Virus record (IMG/VR): IMGVR_UViG_2568526086_000005
Span: 1-39,463 of that record
From: a virus
Lineage: Duplodnaviria > Heunggongvirae > Uroviricota > Caudoviricetes
Strand: one strand, 5' to 3'
Length of the DNA stretch: 39,463 bases
Part shown: positions 35,892 through 39,463 of the stretch, one piece after another
Layout of the letters: each line of letters opens with the position of its first letter
Position numbering within the stretch: position 1 is the stretch's first letter
The notes under the pieces: generated by a model
The model's database searches: none
What the model saw: the letters and a program-made list of their open reading frames with translations, nothing else
Told to the model about the DNA's origin: nothing
Made by a program: the position numbers and the translations under genes

Positions 35892-37087
35892 TGGCTCTGG
35901 ACCTCGACACACTCGGCTTATCGGCAACGGTAACCGCTGAGGGGATAAGTGCGCCTGATTATCAGACGATACTCAGCACCCTGATTAGCTATTTTCAGCA
36001 GATTTATGGCAGTGATGCCTATCTCGACCCGGACAGCAAAGACGGACAGATGGTCGCTCTGGTGGCTCTGGCCATTCACGATGCCAACAACACGGCCATT
36101 TCTGTTTACCGGTCATTTTCTCCGTCGACGGCGCTGGACGATGCATTAACCAGTAACGTCAAAATTAACGGCATCACTCGCCGTGCTGCGACAAACTCTA
36201 CGGTCGATGAGCTGATCGAAGGTGAGGCCGGAACGTTAATCACAAACGGCTCTGTGAAAGATGCCAACGGCATCATCTGGAATCTTCCTGCTCAGGTGAC
36301 AATTGGTATTGATGGGACGGTTATTGCTACAGCGACGTGTTCTGTTGCTGGCGCTGTGGCGGCCCCTGCCGGGTCAGTCAATAAGATAAACACCCCGACA
36401 CGTGGTTGGGTATCAGTAACTAACCCTCAAGCGGCCACGGTAGGTGTTGCTGCTGAAACAAATGCTGAATTGCGTGTCCGGCAATCACAGAGCGTTGCTT
36501 TACCGTCTCTGACGCCGTTTGAGGCGGTAGATGGTGCGATAGCAAATATCAGCGGCGTAACGCGACATAAGCTGTATGAGAACGATACAGATACCACTGA
36601 TGTAAATGGCCTTCCTCCGCACTCAATCGCGGCTATTGTCGAAGGTGGTGATGCGACGGTCATTGCAAACAGTATTCGTGGTGTTAAAGGGCAGGGCGTA
36701 ACACCATACGGTAGTACGGTGATTGTTGTGCCTGATAAGTACGGAAACCCTCACCCGGTAGGTTTTTCAAGACCGGTCGATGTACCCATTTACGTCAAAA
36801 TCACTATCGAGCCCCTTACGGGCTACACATCCCAGGTCGGCGAAGAGATAAAGGCGGCTGTATCTGCCTACATTAACTCTCTGGCAATCGGCGCCAGCGT
36901 TCTTCTCAGTCGCGTTTACTCACCGGCTAACCTGGGCGTCGTCAGTGGAGGTAATGCCAGGTATTACGACATTACCGAGTTGCTGATCGGGACGTCTGCC
37001 GGTGGCGTAGCCGCGGCAAACGTGGATATTGCCTTTGACCAGTCAGCATCCTGCGCCGTCAGCAATATTAATCTGGTGGTCTCATGA
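35891..37087 (+). CDS. Baseplate J-like protein (Mu gp47 / P2 gpJ family)
   Basis: 398 aa, largest baseplate gene, in the usual order before the fibre genes. Confidence 0.65.
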   Translation: MALDLDTLGLSATVTAEGISAPDYQTILSTLISYFQQIYGSDAYLDPDSKDGQMVALVALAIHDANNTAISVYRSFSPSTALDDALTSNVKINGITRRAATNSTVDELIEGEAGTLITNGSVKDANGIIWNLPAQVTIGIDGTVIATATCSVAGAVAAPAGSVNKINTPTRGWVSVTNPQAATVGVAAETNAELRVRQSQSVALPSLTPFEAVDGAIANISGVTRHKLYENDTDTTDVNGLPPHSIAAIVEGGDATVIANSIRGVKGQGVTPYGSTVIVVPDKYGNPHPVGFSRPVDVPIYVKITIEPLTGYTSQVGEEIKAAVSAYINSLAIGASVLLSRVYSPANLGVVSGGNARYYDITELLIGTSAGGVAAANVDIAFDQSASCAVSNINLVVS

Positions 37088-37857
37088 GCAGATACACTGA
37101 CCGCATAACAAACTACCACGCCGGTAAACCAAAGTTCTTTGCACACGTTGACCTGTCCACCAGGCCACTGAGCGATGTTTCCGATGCAATGTCACGGCTA
37201 ATACCCGATTTTGATATTGATACCGCCATTGGCGTGCAGCTTGACGTTGTAGGCGAATGGGTTGGTCGTTCCCGTCGCGTGGCAACACCGGTAACCGGGA
37301 TTTATTTTTCGTGGGACACCGAACGGGTTGGCTGGGATCAGGGGGTCTGGCAGGGACCATATGACCCAAACGACGGTTTTATCGATCTAAGCGATGAAAT
37401 ATATCGGCTAATGCTGAAGGTGAAAGTGGCGATAAACAACTGGGATGGTCAGAACGATTCGCTGCCTTCAATTCTTGATGCCGCCCTTGCCGGGTCCGGG
37501 ATCCGCATGGCTATTGTCGACAACCAGGATATGTCGATTTCCATCTGGATACTCGGTGACCCATCGGTAGCCCTAAGTGAAATAGACCGGTTAATTCTGG
37601 ATAGCGCCGTCAATAAAGGCCCCTTTATCGCATTACCGGCAGGTTACGTACCATCGCGCTATGACATTAACCCGATTGACCAGGTTAACAGCGAGCTATG
37701 GTGGGCGATTCAAAACGGTTATATGACGGTTAAGGCCGCCGGAGTTCGTGTCCGTGAAATAGAGACCGTCAGTGATGGTTATCAGTTTTTTGGCTTCGAT
37801 ATCGAAAATGACTATATCGCTGGCTTCGACCGCGGGTCATGGGGAGAGAGATTTTAA
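37084..37857 (+). CDS. Tail protein (Mu gp48-like baseplate/fibre-attachment protein)
   Basis: 257 aa, ATG overlapping the J-like stop. Confidence 0.55.
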   Translation: MSRYTDRITNYHAGKPKFFAHVDLSTRPLSDVSDAMSRLIPDFDIDTAIGVQLDVVGEWVGRSRRVATPVTGIYFSWDTERVGWDQGVWQGPYDPNDGFIDLSDEIYRLMLKVKVAINNWDGQNDSLPSILDAALAGSGIRMAIVDNQDMSISIWILGDPSVALSEIDRLILDSAVNKGPFIALPAGYVPSRYDINPIDQVNSELWWAIQNGYMTVKAAGVRVREIETVSDGYQFFGFDIENDYIAGFDRGSWGERF

Positions 37858-38735
37858 TGGCGACTAACGATTTTAAACCCTTCGCTACTGGTAGCGGGGC
37901 AAACGTATTATCACAAGCTGATTATGACGCACTGTCGGCCAGAACAACTGGCTTTTTAAGTGGCAAAGCGTCTTCGGCCCAGGTCAACAAAGCTTTAAGG
38001 CAGGCATCAACTATTGCGGCGGTTGTGGCGCAGTTTATTTCGGATAACAGCGGCGATGACACCCTTGATAACGGTAATTTACCTACCTTACTGGCTAGTC
38101 TCGAAAGCGCCCTCCTCAAGTCCTCCCCTGGGCGGTTACAGAATATCGTTAGCTTTACCGCAAATGGTACCTACACCCCATCGCCAGGAACCAAACATGT
38201 AAAAGTTATTGTTACTGGCGGTGGCGGCGGTGGTGGTGGTTGTCAGGGAACTTCCGGATCTGAATCAGTTTCAGGTGGCGGCGGCGGTGCTGGTGGTACG
38301 GCCATTGGTTATTTTGCTGTAACTGAATCCAGCTATGCAGTCACTGTAGGTGCTGGTGGTTCTGCTGGCGTTGGTGCTGTCCAGGGTGGAACAGGCGGAA
38401 CCTCAATCATTAACGGCATTAGCGGATTGGGCGGAGATGGTGGTCAGAAATCAGGGATCACTACGCTGGCTGGCGGGAAAGGCGGTGTTTCTATTGGTGG
38501 CTCCGTTAACCTTCCAGGAGGTTACGGCACTGATGGGCAAAATGGCTCCCTGATTATCCCCGGCAATGGTGGATCATCATATTGGGGCGGCGGTGGTCGT
38601 GGGGGCGCACGCGGGGGCGTGGCCGGGGATTGTTATGGTTCTGGTGGTGGTGCATATGATGCTGCCATGTCTGGTAACTCTTACAATGGCGGACAAGGGA
38701 AAGCGGGAATTGTATATATTGAGGAATATTCTTAA
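37857..38735 (+). CDS. Tail fibre protein with glycine-rich C-terminal domain
   Basis: ATG at 37857 overlaps the upstream stop (TAATG). N-terminus MATNDFKPFATGSGANVLSQADYDAL is typical of fibre proximal domains. Long GGGGGG / GxGG repeats follow. Confidence 0.65.
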   Translation: MATNDFKPFATGSGANVLSQADYDALSARTTGFLSGKASSAQVNKALRQASTIAAVVAQFISDNSGDDTLDNGNLPTLLASLESALLKSSPGRLQNIVSFTANGTYTPSPGTKHVKVIVTGGGGGGGGCQGTSGSESVSGGGGGAGGTAIGYFAVTESSYAVTVGAGGSAGVGAVQGGTGGTSIINGISGLGGDGGQKSGITTLAGGKGGVSIGGSVNLPGGYGTDGQNGSLIIPGNGGSSYWGGGGRGGARGGVAGDCYGSGGGAYDAAMSGNSYNGGQGKAGIVYIEEYS

Positions 38736-38905
38736 TGGTAAGCAAGTATGCAGTTCTGAAAGAAGGCGTCGTGGATAACATTATTGTTGCTGATGATAAT
38801 TACTCTCCTGATGATTTAGAGGTAGTAAAATATAGCGACGAAACATTTTGCCAGCCAGGCATGTTGTACAATAAAGAGGATGGTTTATTTTATGATGATA
38901 AATAA
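38735..38905 (+). CDS. Small protein downstream of the tail fibre (possible fibre assembly/chaperone protein)
   Basis: 56-aa ORF missing from the track. ATG overlaps the fibre stop (TAATG). MVSKYAVLKEGVVDNIIVADDNYSPDD.... AT-rich. Confidence 0.35.
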   Translation: MVSKYAVLKEGVVDNIIVADDNYSPDDLEVVKYSDETFCQPGMLYNKEDGLFYDDK

Positions 38906-38943
38906 TCATCAAGAATAAATAACATTATCTACATATCTACACA

Positions 38944-38968
38944 TTACCAATCAACCGGCTTATGCCGG
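38944..38968 (+). terminator. Rho-independent terminator
   Basis: CCGGC-TTAT-GCCGG followed by TTTTTTATT. Confidence 0.55.
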
Positions 38969-38987
38969 TTTTTTATTGGGGCGACCA

Positions 38988-39463
38988 TGAGTGAATACGA
39001 TACCGGCAATCCTGTGCCGTCTGCATCAATACCTGATGCATGGGATAATATGCAGTCTATTGACAGGTTCGCTAATAGTAGTGATGAAACTATTACCACG
39101 CGTACAGGTAAACAGTTAGACACTCTGCATGGCATCAATGTAAAGGCTGATAGCCAACGTACTGAACAACAAGATTCCTTTGAATTATCTCAATCCGAAA
39201 GAGAGTCCTCTTTCGAAGAAAAATCAAATGAATTTGAATCGCGCTTCTCTTCTCAGCTATCAACACAGGAGTCAACATTTTCCGAATCTCAAACGGATAA
39301 AGAAAATCGCTTTCAGCAGTTTCTTCTTTCATCCGGTTATGTCTTCCTGGGGGATTACGGAAATGGCCCATTCCAGTTTAGCGCCCGCAACCAGTACATC
39401 CGTTACTGGATTTGCCCCTATATTTCCAGACATCTGTTATCACTTAACCCATTACAAGCCCGC
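38988..39463 (+). CDS. 5' part of an ORF running off the window end; hydrophilic Ser/Glu/Gln-rich protein, possibly a second fibre/tailspike or accessory protein
   Basis: ATG at 38988, then 158 codons with no stop to the window edge. AT-rich. Two overlapping minus-strand ORFs in the track conflict with it. Confidence 0.45.

Noticed and set aside
38554-38781. His-rich minus-strand ORF (..HHMHHHQNHNNPRPRPRVRPHDHRR..) and plus-strand ORFs 38350-38553 and 38566-38778
   Set aside because: Antisense or out-of-frame readings of the GGT/GGC-rich glycine-repeat region of the tail fibre gene.
38944-39371. Minus-strand ORFs 38944-39138 and 39135-39371
   Set aside because: They overlap the plus-strand ORF that starts at 38988 after a terminator and stays open to the window edge. 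The plus-strand reading is preferred by context, with low certainty.
1-39463. tRNA, rRNA or attachment-site repeats
   Set aside because: No cloverleaf-like or rRNA-like sequence seen. int ends at base 1, so attL lies outside the window and cannot be assessed.

Overview
The window reads as one nearly complete lambdoid prophage, running from a tyrosine integrase at the left edge to tail-fibre genes at the right edge. Left arm (minus strand, pL operon): phage-21-type N with nutL, then insulated accessory genes, cIII- and kil-like small genes, a recombination module (Rad52-like annealing protein, SSB, DEDD exonuclease), a TraR-like zinc finger, xis and int. Centre: cI-like repressor, OL/OR operators, cro, nutR, cII, lambda-type O with ori iterons inside it, a DnaC-like helicase loader in place of lambda P, ren, a lambda-like nin region carrying a Dam-type methyltransferase, Q, pR', and S-R-Rz/Rz1. 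Right arm: non-lambda head genes and a Mu-like contractile tail (sheath, tube, frameshifted chaperone, tape measure with lytic transglycosylase domain, baseplate, glycine-rich fibre). The strongest candidate for something undescribed is an AT-richer three-gene cassette inserted in the baseplate module (33644-34866), ending in a protein that looks like an FtsH peptidase domain without its ATPase. Other points worth a second look are an SSB with a C-terminal extension past the DDDIPF tip, a terminator-flanked gene with its own -10 element in the pL operon, and an AlpA-like locus between lysis and packaging genes. All calls come from reading the sequence and from remembered protein families; no database search was run.
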